Virus record (IMG/VR): IMGVR_UViG_3300035687_000001
DNA length: 64,000 bases
Source: a virus
Reading direction: 5' to 3' (one strand)
Position 1 is the first letter of the stretch, and the number at the start of each line of letters is the position of its first letter. The position numbers were made by a program, and so were the translations under genes. Below are positions 1-7,998 of the stretch, one piece after another. The notes under the pieces were generated by a model. It ran no database searches. It worked only from the letters and a program-made list of their open reading frames with translations, and had not been told where the DNA came from.

Positions 1-238
1 AGTTCTGCCAGAGACTGCCGTCCTTGTAGAACTGGCCGCCTCCCTTTCTGTACTCGTGGTGACACTGGCTGGTCTTCAGATCGTGCAGGTGCAGCCCATG
101 GCCGCACCCACAGATCGCCTTCGGAGGCGGCGCGTCGCCGTTCTGCAAGAGCTTCGCCTGTCGGAGACCGCTCGCGCGGCCCATGGCGAAGAAGACCAGC
201 GCGAGCAGTGCGCCGATGATGAGGGTTAGGGGGTCCAC
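1..238 (-). CDS. hypothetical membrane-anchored Cys/His-rich protein, partial (3' end beyond window start)
   Basis: GTG 238 is 7 nt after AAGGAG and overlaps stop of 226..615; translates VDPLTLIIGALLALVFFAMG (TM helix) then CGCGHGLHLHD..CHH; high GC3; frame open to nt 1. Confidence 0.5.
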   Translation of the reverse strand, partial: MDPLTLIIGALLALVFFAMGRASGLRQAKLLQNGDAPPPKAICGCGHGLHLHDLKTSQCHHEYRKGGGQFYKDGSLWQN

Positions 239-615
239 GGTGTCTCCTTTCGTTTCCAGACGGCCAGCCGGACGAGTCCCACCTTCTCGCAGGCGGAGAT
301 GGGTTCGTTGTCCCACGAGACCGTGGGGGCGTCCGGGACCGTGTAGTCGGTGATCTCGATGCCGGTAGCCACCCGGTTCTCGGTGATCCGGGGGCCGGTC
401 ACCAGCCGGAAGTCGAACTCCTCGGTGGGCGTCCCCCAGTACCGGCACACGCCCACGCAGAAGGGGTGACGGCCGATGTCCCGGATGACGTCGCCGTCCG
501 GGTGGTGCTCGATCAGGGGCTTGCCGTCCGGGTGGTGGTGGTAGCCCAGCTGGCAGCCGCAGGGGACCGGAATCTCACCCTCCAGTCTCATGTGCGGCTG
601 CGTCGAGACGGTCAT
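226..615 (-). CDS. hypothetical protein (129 aa, Cys/His-rich)
   Basis: ATG 615 in ATGA overlap with stop of 612..1319; MTVSTQPHMRLEG..; rest of track ORF 226..1104 is R/A/G-rich shadow. Confidence 0.65.
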   Translation of the reverse strand: MTVSTQPHMRLEGEIPVPCGCQLGYHHHPDGKPLIEHHPDGDVIRDIGRHPFCVGVCRYWGTPTEEFDFRLVTGPRITENRVATGIEITDYTVPDAPTVSWDNEPISACEKVGLVRLAVWKRKETPWTP

Positions 616-1319
616 CGCAGTCGCACCTCCAGCGGCCAGAAGTCGTCTCCAAGGTCGCCGAGACGGCCATGCGGCTCGCTGAACACCCGGGGCAGGCTCA
701 GCTTCTCCGTGACGGTTCGAGAAGTCCTGCCGAGCACCAGGAGCCCAGAGAACTGGTTGAGCAGCCCCTGGGGCATGTGGACCTTGTAGAAGTAGCCCTG
801 CCGGATGTTCGCCAGCACGTGGATCCGCCCGGCCCGGCCAACCTGGAGCAGGTGCTGGAGCCCGTTCAGGAGGCTCTTCCCCGCCTCGCTCGGGTCGTAA
901 CTCGCGGGCAGCGTGGCGAGGTCGAGGATGTCGTGCAGCTCCGGCACCGTCACCAGCATCGGCGCGATGTCCTCGCCCTGCTCGATACGCGCGGCGCGCT
1001 CCAGTGCGATGAGATTGAGTCGCGCCACCTGAGCCGCGCAGCTGGACAGCGAGATGAGCCACCACGGCGGCCGGTCGCGAGGTCCGTGGTACTCCTCGTC
1101 CCACCAGACTTTCGGGTCCAGTTGAACGCGGTCGCCCTCATGCTTGCGGGCCCTCAGTCGGACCAGGTTTTCTCCGGCGCCGTAGGAGTCCCGCTCGATC
1201 ACGAGCAGGTGCGCACGCTCCTGCCACGCCCAGACGGCCTCCAGGCCGCTTTCGTACCGGCCCAGAGGGATCCCCGGCGTCGTGCTGTGCCGGAAGCGCA
1301 GCTTCTTGAAGAAGGTCAT
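612..1319 (-). CDS. FtsK/SpoIIIE-like protein with degenerate Walker A/B (possible pseudo-ATPase)
   Basis: Track ORF, normal composition; HLLVIERDSYGAGEN at Walker A position (no GKS/T), VQLDPK, MLVTVPELHDIL at Walker B position, GRAGRIHVLANIRQ; alignable by eye to CDS 46491..48548. Confidence 0.6.
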   Translation of the reverse strand: MTFFKKLRFRHSTTPGIPLGRYESGLEAVWAWQERAHLLVIERDSYGAGENLVRLRARKHEGDRVQLDPKVWWDEEYHGPRDRPPWWLISLSSCAAQVARLNLIALERAARIEQGEDIAPMLVTVPELHDILDLATLPASYDPSEAGKSLLNGLQHLLQVGRAGRIHVLANIRQGYFYKVHMPQGLLNQFSGLLVLGRTSRTVTEKLSLPRVFSEPHGRLGDLGDDFWPLEVRLR

Positions 1320-1329
1320 CAGCTGCCTC

Positions 1330-1698
1330 TCAGGACCAGTTGCCGTAGTGCACGTCGTCCGGGCCCACGGCAGCGAAGCCGTCGTAGTGCGCGCTCTGGC
1401 GCTTCTGGTCGCGGCACTGCTCGACCTCGCGGAAGAACTCCTCGACCATGTACGTGATGCCGTACTCGTCCTCGATCCGGCCCTCGGCGTAGGTGACCTC
1501 GGCCGTCAGGAACTCGCGCCAGGTCTTCGCGTCGAACAGCCCGGCGGGGGTGCCCGGGATGTCGTTGCCGTTGAAGCCCTGCCAGACGAAGACCCAGCCG
1601 CCCGAGCGCTTGCCGATGTGGACCTCGGCCTCACGGCCGGGCTTGCCGCATTCGCCGCAGTCCTGCGGGTCGCGGTGCAGGTAGAAGTTAGTGGACAC
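1330..1698 (-). CDS. hypothetical protein (122 aa)
   Basis: GTG 1698 is 8 nt after GGAGG of cassette P1; VSTNFYLHRDPQDCGECGKPG..; upstream part of track ORF 1330..2121 is R/P/G-rich. Confidence 0.7.
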   Translation of the reverse strand: MSTNFYLHRDPQDCGECGKPGREAEVHIGKRSGGWVFVWQGFNGNDIPGTPAGLFDAKTWREFLTAEVTYAEGRIEDEYGITYMVEEFFREVEQCRDQKRQSAHYDGFAAVGPDDVHYGNWS

Positions 1699-1706
1699 GG
1701 TGTGCT

Positions 1707-1762
1707 CCTCCGGTGCGGGATGCGTCTCGGCACATACTACCCGAACGGGTAGGGTCAGGCAA
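1707..1762 (-). promoter_or_regulatory. promoter/operator/leader cassette P1
   Basis: Box cctccggtgcgg 1707-1718; core CTACCC-N4-GGGTAG 1737-1752; minus-strand TTGCCT(1757-1762)-17 nt-TAGTAT(1734-1739); precedes CDS 1330..1698. Confidence 0.6.
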
Positions 1763-2222
1763 GCCCCAGTCCCAGGGTGAGGAATTTGAGGCTGAAGGAC
1801 TTGGATGCCGTGCGCACGATCTCGCCGTGGTCGAAGGCCAGCTCGTCCACGTTCACCTCGTGCAGCGGCAGCCATGCGGCCATCAGGGCATCGTCGGCGC
1901 CCCGCACCGGCGGGCGGGGGCCGGTCAGCAGGATGGCGAAGGGGAAGCTGACGTACCTGCCCCGGTGGTCGCGGTCCGGGTGCGCGCGGACCGGCTGCGG
2001 GATCCAGTTGTTGCTCTCGAACGGGATCGCCAGGCCGGTCTCCTCGGCCAGCTCGCGCTCGCAGGTGCCCTCCACCGGCTCGTAGACCTCGACATCGACA
2101 CAGCCGCCCGGCAGCGCCCACTTGCCGTCGTCCTGGCGCTGGATCAGCAACAGCGAGACGCCGCCGCTCTCGGCGTCCTCGTGGAAGACCACCGCGTCGG
2201 CGGCCAGCACTACCTCGATCAT
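1755..2222 (-). CDS. Nudix hydrolase
   Basis: Nudix box GGCVDVEVYEPVEGTCERELAEETGL; ATG 2222 after GGAGGA; track ORF 1755..2402 trimmed. Confidence 0.85.
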   Translation of the reverse strand: MIEVVLAADAVVFHEDAESGGVSLLLIQRQDDGKWALPGGCVDVEVYEPVEGTCERELAEETGLAIPFESNNWIPQPVRAHPDRDHRGRYVSFPFAILLTGPRPPVRGADDALMAAWLPLHEVNVDELAFDHGEIVRTASKSFSLKFLTLGLGLA

Positions 2223-2251
2223 GAGTCCTCCTCGTTTGGTTTCCATGAGTC

Positions 2252-2536
2252 TCAGCGACGGCGGCGGTTCAGTCCGTCCTCGACCTCGTCGGTGATCTGG
2301 TCCTGGAAAGCTCGGACCTGGTTCTCCAGCGGCGCCGTCTCCGCGCGCTCGGCCGCGTTGGCCGCCCGTACCTGGACCTCGTAGCAGCCCTTGACGCGAC
2401 ACGACGTCACGACCTTGCGGCCCATGTCTGACGGAAACTCCATCCCGCTGAAGTCGTGTTCGTGCTCGCCGGGCTCCACCGACACGACCTTGCGCGGCGG
2501 GAAGATCCAGGCCTTGAGCTTCTCGATCGGATTCAT
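2252..2536 (-). CDS. hypothetical protein (94 aa)
   Basis: ATG 2536 (MNPIEKLKAW) 2 nt after stop of 2539..2862; track ORF 2252..2575 trimmed. Confidence 0.65.
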   Translation of the reverse strand: MNPIEKLKAWIFPPRKVVSVEPGEHEHDFSGMEFPSDMGRKVVTSCRVKGCYEVQVRAANAAERAETAPLENQVRAFQDQITDEVEDGLNRRRR

Positions 2537-2538
2537 GA

Positions 2539-2862
2539 TCACTCCTCGTTGGATTCCATCAGCTGCTCGTGACATCGGCAGCAGGTCTTGGGACGCCCGT
2601 CGTTGTCCAGGGCGTCCGCGCCGTTGAAGATCGGCTGCGGGACCTCGGTGGTCTCGCGCAGGTACGTCAGGCCGTTCTCGGCGGCCCAGATCTCGATCTC
2701 GCTCTCCAGCACCGCACCGGCGCGCACGGGACCGGTCGTGCTGGTGCCCATCGCCTCCAGGGTGCAGCGCGGGCAGTACTCCTCAGTTCGCCAGGCGTAG
2801 CCCACGACGTCGGTCGAGCTGCCGCCGTAGGACTGGGTGAATCCGGTTCCATTCCAGCGCAT
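2539..2862 (-). CDS. hypothetical protein with CPRC..CCRC zinc-ribbon-like motifs (107 aa)
   Basis: ATG 2862 (MRWNGTG) 2 nt after stop of 2865..3113; N-terminal extension in track ORF 2539..3003 is R/G-rich. Confidence 0.65.
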   Translation of the reverse strand: MRWNGTGFTQSYGGSSTDVVGYAWRTEEYCPRCTLEAMGTSTTGPVRAGAVLESEIEIWAAENGLTYLRETTEVPQPIFNGADALDNDGRPKTCCRCHEQLMESNEE

Positions 2863-2864
2863 GA

Positions 2865-3113
2865 TCAGCCTTCCTGGGGGAGTTCGGGCGTGGCGGCGAA
2901 GTCGCCGCCCTCGTGCTGGCGCTGAGCCTCGGCCAGCATGTCCGCGAAGGTGATCCGCAGCCGCCACTGGCCCGCGTACTCCGGGCGGGGGTCGGGCTCC
3001 CACTCGCCGATGCGGATGCTCCGGCCTTGCGGGTTCTCGACCTCGACGAAGCGCGGAGCCTCGTGGCTCGGTGGGCCGTCGAAGATGATGTGGATGGCGC
3101 TGGGTTCGTTCAC
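2865..3113 (-). CDS. hypothetical protein (82 aa)
   Basis: GTG 3113 after GAAAGGA; VNEPSAIHIIFDGPP..; the 99 nt upstream (alt ATG 3212) have clearly lower GC3 and hairpin potential, so treated as non-coding. Confidence 0.55.
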   Translation of the reverse strand: MNEPSAIHIIFDGPPSHEAPRFVEVENPQGRSIRIGEWEPDPRPEYAGQWRLRITFADMLAEAQRQHEGGDFAATPELPQEG

Positions 3114-3211
3114 GAGCGAGATCCTTTCAGGGAGAGCCGGGGCGGCTGACCTGCGCAGTGCCTTGAGGCGCCCACATGGACAGGTAATGGCAGCGCCGCC
3201 CCGGCAGGTCA

Positions 3212-3577
3212 TCAGCCCCAGGTCACGCGACGGTTGTGGGCGACCGCGTACTCGGCGATCGCGAGCAGCTCGCCGAGCTTGTCCTGGGTATAGCCCGACC
3301 GGCGGCCGCCCTCGATCCAGCGCGGGTTGTCCAGATCGGCCACCGCCGGGCGGCCCTCGTCCTTCGGCGCGAGACCCAGGGCGATCAGCACCCGGCCGAG
3401 GAAGTCGTGCCCCGTCGGGTACTCGAAGTCCGCCGGGAGGTTCCACGGGTCCGTCGGCAGGCCGAGGGTCTCCAGGAGCATCCCGGCGTTGGCGTTGTTG
3501 ACGTTGATGCCGGGCGAGGCCTCCCACACCGAGTCGTGGTCGAAGTTGGTGCACTCGACGTTGAATTCGACGCTCAT
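3212..3577 (-). CDS. hypothetical protein (121 aa)
   Basis: ATG 3577 is 5 nt after GGAGG of cassette P2; MSVEFNVECTNFDHD..; track ORF 3212..3913 trimmed. Confidence 0.75.
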   Translation of the reverse strand: MSVEFNVECTNFDHDSVWEASPGINVNNANAGMLLETLGLPTDPWNLPADFEYPTGHDFLGRVLIALGLAPKDEGRPAVADLDNPRWIEGGRRSGYTQDKLGELLAIAEYAVAHNRRVTWG

Positions 3578-3582
3578 GGTGG

Positions 3583-3643
3583 CCTCCAGTGCGGCTCGGG
3601 TGGTGATGTGGCCCACCCTACCCGATCGGGTAGGGTCACGCAA
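3583..3643 (-). promoter_or_regulatory. promoter/operator/leader cassette P2
   Basis: Box cctccagtgcgg 3583-3594; core 3618-3633; TTGCGT(3638-3643)-17-TAGGGT(3615-3620) on minus strand; precedes CDS 3212..3577. Confidence 0.6.
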
Positions 3644-3652
3644 GCGGGAGGG

Positions 3653-3684
3653 CCCGCGTCCGGCTCGCCCAAGCAGACGCGGGT
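3653..3684 (-). terminator. possible hairpin terminator after CDS 3739..4470
   Basis: 8-bp stem cccgcgtc/gacgcggg with 16-nt loop; second short hairpin ccgctg/cagcgg at 3699-3716; no clear U-tract. Confidence 0.35.
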
Positions 3685-3738
3685 CCTCGACCTCCGGGCC
3701 GCTGTTGCAGCAGCGGGCGATCCCCGGATGAGAAAAGA

Positions 3739-4470
3739 TCAGTTGTCGAAAAAGAAGATGTACCGCAGCTGGTCCGGCTCGAAGCCCTCGGCCGCCCCGG
3801 CGATCTTGAGGTTGGCCATGCTGGCCAGCAGCCCCCGGGCGACCTCGGCCCAGGTGTGCGACCAGGCGACCTCGGTCAGGTAGGCGACTCCGTTGATCTT
3901 CGAATCGTGCCACGAGTCCTCGGGCACTTCGATCCCGTGGGCCGCGATCAGCTCACGCATCTCGTCATTGGTCACGACCTGCAAGCCCCGGAAGCTGAGC
4001 GGCTGACCCCAGGAGTCCGGCTCGCCGTCCTTCTCGTAGGTCTGGAACTGCCGGGCGTCCACGTGACCGCACTGGCGAATCAGCCTGTGGTCCCAGGGAA
4101 CGGCCTCCAGCTCCTTGAGGGTGAGCCACGAGTGGCTGTGGCCATCGCAGCCCCACTCGTCGATCTCGGTTTTCACCTCGGCGCTGACGTCCTCCGGCAC
4201 ACCGCGCGGCTTGGAGATCGGAGTGATCGGCTCGCCGGTCTTGACGCTGGCGAACCCGATGCCGTTGCGCACGCCCGCGAGCATCGAGAAGACGCGGTAG
4301 TTCCGGTCCTCCCAGATGACGTCGTCGTGGTTGAGGGCCAGCGGGCGGCTGGCGGGCCCACCCTCCTTCTCGTCGCCCGGCTCGTACCACTTGTTGTGCT
4401 CGGGCGGGGTGAACGGGTACCAGGTGTCGCCGATCTTCTTCTCGGCGTACATGTGGATGTCGCAGCCCAT
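3739..4470 (-). CDS. hypothetical protein (243 aa)
   Basis: ATG 4470 7 nt after GGAGG of cassette P3; MGCDIHMYAEKKIGDTWYPF..; track ORF 3739..4701 trimmed. Confidence 0.75.
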   Translation of the reverse strand: MGCDIHMYAEKKIGDTWYPFTPPEHNKWYEPGDEKEGGPASRPLALNHDDVIWEDRNYRVFSMLAGVRNGIGFASVKTGEPITPISKPRGVPEDVSAEVKTEIDEWGCDGHSHSWLTLKELEAVPWDHRLIRQCGHVDARQFQTYEKDGEPDSWGQPLSFRGLQVVTNDEMRELIAAHGIEVPEDSWHDSKINGVAYLTEVAWSHTWAEVARGLLASMANLKIAGAAEGFEPDQLRYIFFFDN

Positions 4471-4477
4471 GAGGCCT

Positions 4478-4529
4478 CCTCCAGTGCGGTGGTCCCGCAA
4501 CACTACCCGTTCGGGTAGAGATGTGGCAA
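4478..4529 (-). promoter_or_regulatory. promoter/operator/leader cassette P3
   Basis: Box 4478-4489; core 4503-4518; TTGCCA(4524-4529)-18-TAGTGT(4500-4505); precedes CDS 3739..4470. Confidence 0.6.
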
Positions 4530-4594
4530 GGTCACCCGCCAGATAGGCTGACAGAGTTCGAGCATCGCTCAGGAACCGAGGGGGCAACGCCAGC

Positions 4595-5122
4595 ATGGTG
4601 AACCCGGAACGGGCGCTGGCCCTGACCGAGGCCGTCAAGCTGCACGCCGGATCGTTCGGCGACAAACAGTTCGAGGAAGACCGAGATGCGGTGCTCGCCA
4701 CGGCGGTGCGCTTCTACGCCTTCCTCACCGGCCCCGCGACGGCAACAGTGGCCTTCGGCCCCATCGTGAAGCAGAACACTCTGGAACCCACCGGAAAGGC
4801 TGGTACTGCCATGGCCCAGATCCACGACGACGAGGAATTCGACGTCTCGCTCACCGCTGCCGACGCCAAAGGCGCCGAGGTCCTCGACAAGGCGGGCGAC
4901 ACCTCCGACGACCCGGCGTTCGTCAGCTCGGACGAGAGCGTCTTCACCTACCGGATCGACTCGAACGACCCGCGCCAGGCCACGGTCGTCGCCGGGATGC
5001 CGGGCTCGGCGGTCGGCACGATCACCCTGGGCAGCATCACGGTGACCCACGCGGTGGACGTGGTCGCGGGCGACGTCGCCGTGGTGAACGTCAGCGAGGG
5101 TGCGGCCCGCAAGCAGGCCTGA
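4595..5122 (+). CDS. hypothetical protein with Ig-like (Big_2-type) C-terminal region
   Basis: Only well-formed plus-strand ORF in a gap between minus CDS; C-terminus VVAGMPGSAVGTITLGSITVTHAVDVVAGDVAVVNV resembles bacterial Ig-like repeats; followed by hairpin 5166-5219. Confidence 0.7.
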   Translation: MVNPERALALTEAVKLHAGSFGDKQFEEDRDAVLATAVRFYAFLTGPATATVAFGPIVKQNTLEPTGKAGTAMAQIHDDEEFDVSLTAADAKGAEVLDKAGDTSDDPAFVSSDESVFTYRIDSNDPRQATVVAGMPGSAVGTITLGSITVTHAVDVVAGDVAVVNVSEGAARKQA

Positions 5123-5165
5123 TCGGCTACCCTGACCCGTGGGTTAGGGGCCCGCCTCAACGCAG

Positions 5166-5219
5166 CGAACCCCCGCCGGATCTGTCTCCCTAGGACAGTG
5201 CTCTCCGCGCGGGGGTTCG
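5166..5219. terminator. bidirectional hairpin terminator between convergent CDS
   Basis: 11-bp stem cgaacccccgc/gcgggggttcg with inner ctgtc/gacag stem; lies between stops at 5122 (+) and 5232 (-). Confidence 0.6.
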
Positions 5220-5231
5220 TTGTGTCCGGGG

Positions 5232-5624
5232 TCAGTAGACCGAGGTGCCGTCCGGCCAGCGGACGTCCGCCTTCTCGATGATCAGCTTGCCCCGGCGGAT
5301 GCCGTATCGCACGATGTCGCCCTGCTCCTCGCCCTCGCGCACCAGCCAGCCCACCGTGTCGCGGTCGGGGCCGATCAGCTCGGCGATCTCCTTCAGGTGG
5401 TTCTCCAGCTTGTAGTGCTTGCGCCGCTCCTCGGGGCCGACGACCGCGACGGCCGTGCGCGTGATGATCTCGTCGTCACCCTCGGTCCGCGTCTTCACGG
5501 CCAGCTCGAACCAGACACCCCGCAACGCGCCGAGGGAATCCACGTACTCGCTGCCCACGACCGCGCTCCAGGGCAGCGGCGGATCGATCTCGATGCGGCC
5601 TTCCAGGCTGCTGTAGTAACCCAT
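5232..5624 (-). CDS. hypothetical protein (130 aa)
   Basis: ATG 5624 after GGAGGA; MGYYSSLEGRIEIDPP..; track ORF 5232..5846 trimmed. Confidence 0.7.
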   Translation of the reverse strand: MGYYSSLEGRIEIDPPLPWSAVVGSEYVDSLGALRGVWFELAVKTRTEGDDEIITRTAVAVVGPEERRKHYKLENHLKEIAELIGPDRDTVGWLVREGEEQGDIVRYGIRRGKLIIEKADVRWPDGTSVY

Positions 5625-5644
5625 GTGTCCTCCAATGTGGACAG

Positions 5645-5995
5645 TCAGACCCATTCCATTTCGTACTCCTCGGCCAGGCCGGAGAGCCAGCTCCCGGCCC
5701 ACGCGTCGCCCAGCTGCATCGCCTGTCGCAGCGCGTAGATCAATCCGACCAGCTGGTTGCGCGTGAGGTTCATCGCGCCGAGGCGCTCGGGCCAGCGGTA
5801 GGACTCCTGGATCGGGATCCCCGTGTAGTCCTCTCCCCAGGCCCACCCGCAGAAGAAGGCGATCTCCAGGGCGTTGGCCATGTCCTGGCGGCAGCCCTCG
5901 CAGCCGGTGAGCGAGTGGAGGGTTTGCCCATCGCGCTCGATCGCCTTGACGAGTGCCTCGACGGCCTCGGGACTGCCGAAGGTGAACAGCTCCAT
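5645..5995 (-). CDS. hypothetical protein (116 aa)
   Basis: Track ORF; ATG 5995 overlaps TAA of upstream CDS by 1 nt. Confidence 0.75.
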   Translation of the reverse strand: MELFTFGSPEAVEALVKAIERDGQTLHSLTGCEGCRQDMANALEIAFFCGWAWGEDYTGIPIQESYRWPERLGAMNLTRNQLVGLIYALRQAMQLGDAWAGSWLSGLAEEYEMEWV

Positions 5996-6447
5996 TACGC
6001 GACCCGCCCCCCGGACAGACGCCGGTCCGCGATCAGCCCAGGAGTCAGCTCGACGACCTCATCCCAACGCGGAACGATGATCTGCCGGGCCTCCTCCTTC
6101 GCCTCGTCCCAGGTCGGCGCGTTCGGCATCAGCGGCGCGTCTTCGGTGAAGAACCCGAAGTCCGATCCGGCGGTGAACTCGATCGGCAGACCATGCAGCT
6201 GGAACCAGTACTCGGAAGCGGCCTGGCCAGCGGCATCCACCAGCAGCATCCCCCGGTAGAGAGTCCAGTCCTTGGCGCTGCCGTCCGCCGGGTACTTGAA
6301 GCTCCTCAGGTCGCAGTAGGCGCCGGTGATCTCGCTGGACCAGAAGGAGGTCTCCAGCGTGATCCCCCGGCTTCCCAGGCCGACCTCCTTGGCCGTGATG
6401 AGGTGCCCCAGCTCGTGCGCGGCAACCATCTCGTCAGGCCACTTCAT
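5995..6447 (-). CDS. zinc metallopeptidase-like protein (HExxH, FtsH/M41 protease-domain-like)
   Basis: Track ORF; VAAHELGHLI motif near N-terminus and later AAGQAASE, resembling the FtsH protease domain. Confidence 0.7.
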   Translation of the reverse strand: MKWPDEMVAAHELGHLITAKEVGLGSRGITLETSFWSSEITGAYCDLRSFKYPADGSAKDWTLYRGMLLVDAAGQAASEYWFQLHGLPIEFTAGSDFGFFTEDAPLMPNAPTWDEAKEEARQIIVPRWDEVVELTPGLIADRRLSGGRVA

Positions 6448-6659
6448 CAGGACTCCCAGTGGTTGAGGTAGGAGCCCGCGTCAGCGACGCGGCGCTGGGC
6501 AGCGGCCAGCTCGGCCTGGAGCTTCTTGATCTCTGCCTCGTAGACCCGGGCCGCGCGGTTGAACGCGGTGTCCTCGGTCTCCGGCGGCATCTCGACGATG
6601 GGGCGCGGGTAGGTGTACTCGTGATACGCCTCGGCGCGCACGGCCAGCAGGTCCCTCAC
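6447..6659 (-). CDS. hypothetical protein (70 aa)
   Basis: Track ORF; start and stop overlap the neighbouring CDS. Confidence 0.65.
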   Translation of the reverse strand: MRDLLAVRAEAYHEYTYPRPIVEMPPETEDTAFNRAARVYEAEIKKLQAELAAAQRRVADAGSYLNHWES

Positions 6660-7144
6660 TCTCCCTCACCCCGCGCCACGTCCTCGGCCTGCTCGTCGAT
6701 GAAGTAGCCCGGCGCGCGCGGCCCTCGGGGACGCGGCTCCGGAAGACCCGCCTTGTCGAGAGCGGCGAGCATCCGCTTCCGGTCCTCGTAGGGCAGCGGC
6801 TTGAGCACCTTGCCGGTCGGGTCGGCCTCGCGCACCAGGTCCGGTCCGAGCACCTTGTCCAGCTCGGCGATGATGACCTGGAGCCCGTAGCTCTCGGGCG
6901 TGAAGTCCGGCTCCCGGTCCAGCATCTGATAGGCGGTGTCGCGCGCCCTGCTTGCGGCCTGGAGGCCCTCGTCCGCCACCGTGACCGTCATGACGCGCCC
7001 TTCGGTCGCCTTGCGCAGCTCGCGCTCGTAAACCTCGGCTCCGCCCGCGAACGCCTGCCCGGCGTCCTGGGTTGTGATCGCGGCTCGGCGGAAGGCGTAG
7101 AGCGCCTCGACGCGCAGTGCGCGCAGCTCTTCGTCAGTACTCAT
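6656..7144 (-). CDS. hypothetical protein (162 aa)
   Basis: ATG 7144 (MSTDEELRAL) in ATGA overlap with stop of 7141..7350; track ORF 6656..7324 trimmed. Confidence 0.65.
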   Translation of the reverse strand: MSTDEELRALRVEALYAFRRAAITTQDAGQAFAGGAEVYERELRKATEGRVMTVTVADEGLQAASRARDTAYQMLDREPDFTPESYGLQVIIAELDKVLGPDLVREADPTGKVLKPLPYEDRKRMLAALDKAGLPEPRPRGPRAPGYFIDEQAEDVARGEGE

Positions 7145-7350
7145 GACCTGTCCTCCAGGGGGACGATGACGGCCTCGTGGCCGGTGACATACAGAACCCA
7201 CGCGGCCGCTGCCTCCTTGCAGCCGGGCAGATTGCAGACGTAGGTGGACGCGTGCGGCTCGCCGTCGACCGGGATGCCGGTGGGCCAGCAGGAGCGCTCG
7301 TGAAAGCCCTGGTCGTGGAGGCACGAGGGCATGGGGACGAGGTCCGCCAT
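7141..7350 (-). CDS. hypothetical Cys-rich protein (69 aa)
   Basis: Track ORF; six Cys; start overlaps stop of 7350..7451. Confidence 0.65.
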   Translation of the reverse strand: MADLVPMPSCLHDQGFHERSCWPTGIPVDGEPHASTYVCNLPGCKEAAAAWVLYVTGHEAVIVPLEDRS

Positions 7351-7451
7351 CAGTTCTTCTCCCGCGCGTCCTTGAGGGCCTTGGCCAGCGCGCGCTGGGT
7401 CTCCCTCTCGCGGGCTTCGCGGGCCTGCTTCTCGGCTTCGGTCTCCGGCAT
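7350..7451 (-). CDS. small charged helical protein (33 aa)
   Basis: ATG 7451 is 7 nt after GGAGG of cassette P4; MPETEAEKQAREARERETQRALAKALKDAREKN; below ORF-track size cutoff. Confidence 0.5.
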   Translation of the reverse strand: MPETEAEKQAREARERETQRALAKALKDAREKN

Positions 7452-7458
7452 GATCGGA

Positions 7459-7514
7459 CCTCCAGTGCGGTCGGGTGAGCCTCCAGGTTACCCTACCCAG
7501 AAGGGTAGGGTCAA
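7459..7514 (-). promoter_or_regulatory. promoter/operator/leader cassette P4 (class with -35-like hexamer abutting core)
   Basis: Box 7459-7470; core 7493-7508; TTGACC 7509-7514 directly abuts core; -10 candidate TAACCT 7485-7490 at 18 nt. Confidence 0.5.
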
Positions 7515-7518
7515 CCGG

Positions 7519-7614
7519 TTACAGAAAGCAGTACGCCGCCGCGAGCGTGAGGAACACGATGGCGGCGGCGCTGCCGACGAAGGCGCGCGCGATGCGCAGC
7601 CCAGTCGAAGACAT
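7519..7614 (-). CDS. small hydrophobic membrane peptide (31 aa)
   Basis: ATG 7614 after GGAG; MSSTGLRIARAFVGSAAAIVFLTLAAAYCFL; fills gap between 7622..7987 and P4. Confidence 0.45.
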   Translation of the reverse strand: MSSTGLRIARAFVGSAAAIVFLTLAAAYCFL

Positions 7615-7621
7615 GGATCTC

Positions 7622-7987
7622 CTACGGGGTAAAGGGAACGGTCGGGTGGAGCTGGAGCGTACCGTCCGCGCTCAGCTCCGAGATCAGGAAGTAGTTGTTG
7701 TGGCTCGGGTCCTTGGACCAGGCGTCCGGCCAGCGCGTCGACTGCCAGATCGCGATCTCGCCGACGAGGGTGAACTGGCTGACCCACTCCGCCGGGTTGT
7801 TCGTCAGCGGCGTCAGGGGGCTGAAGGCCAGCAGCTTCTCCAGGTAAGTCCGCATGAGCGGCCAGTTCGTCTCGGGGTTCGGGACGTCGGCGAAGTTGCC
7901 GACGATGGTGATCAGCGGCGTCTTGATCACATCCGGCGCGTTGATCGCGGTCAACTCGGCGATGGCGTGATCACCCAGTGCAGTCAT
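7622..7987 (-). CDS. hypothetical protein (121 aa)
   Basis: ATG 7987 (MTALGDHAI) after AAGGAG; track ORF 7622..8014 trimmed. Confidence 0.7.
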   Translation of the reverse strand: MTALGDHAIAELTAINAPDVIKTPLITIVGNFADVPNPETNWPLMRTYLEKLLAFSPLTPLTNNPAEWVSQFTLVGEIAIWQSTRWPDAWSKDPSHNNYFLISELSADGTLQLHPTVPFTP

Positions 7988-7998
7988 CTGATCTCCTT

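Noticed and set aside
3113-3212. N-terminal extension of CDS 2865..3113 to ATG 3212 (MTCRGGAAITCPCG..)
   Set aside because: GC3 in this 99-nt stretch is much lower than in neighbouring genes. The stretch has competing hairpin potential and a TGACCTGCG motif. GTG 3113 has a better SD.
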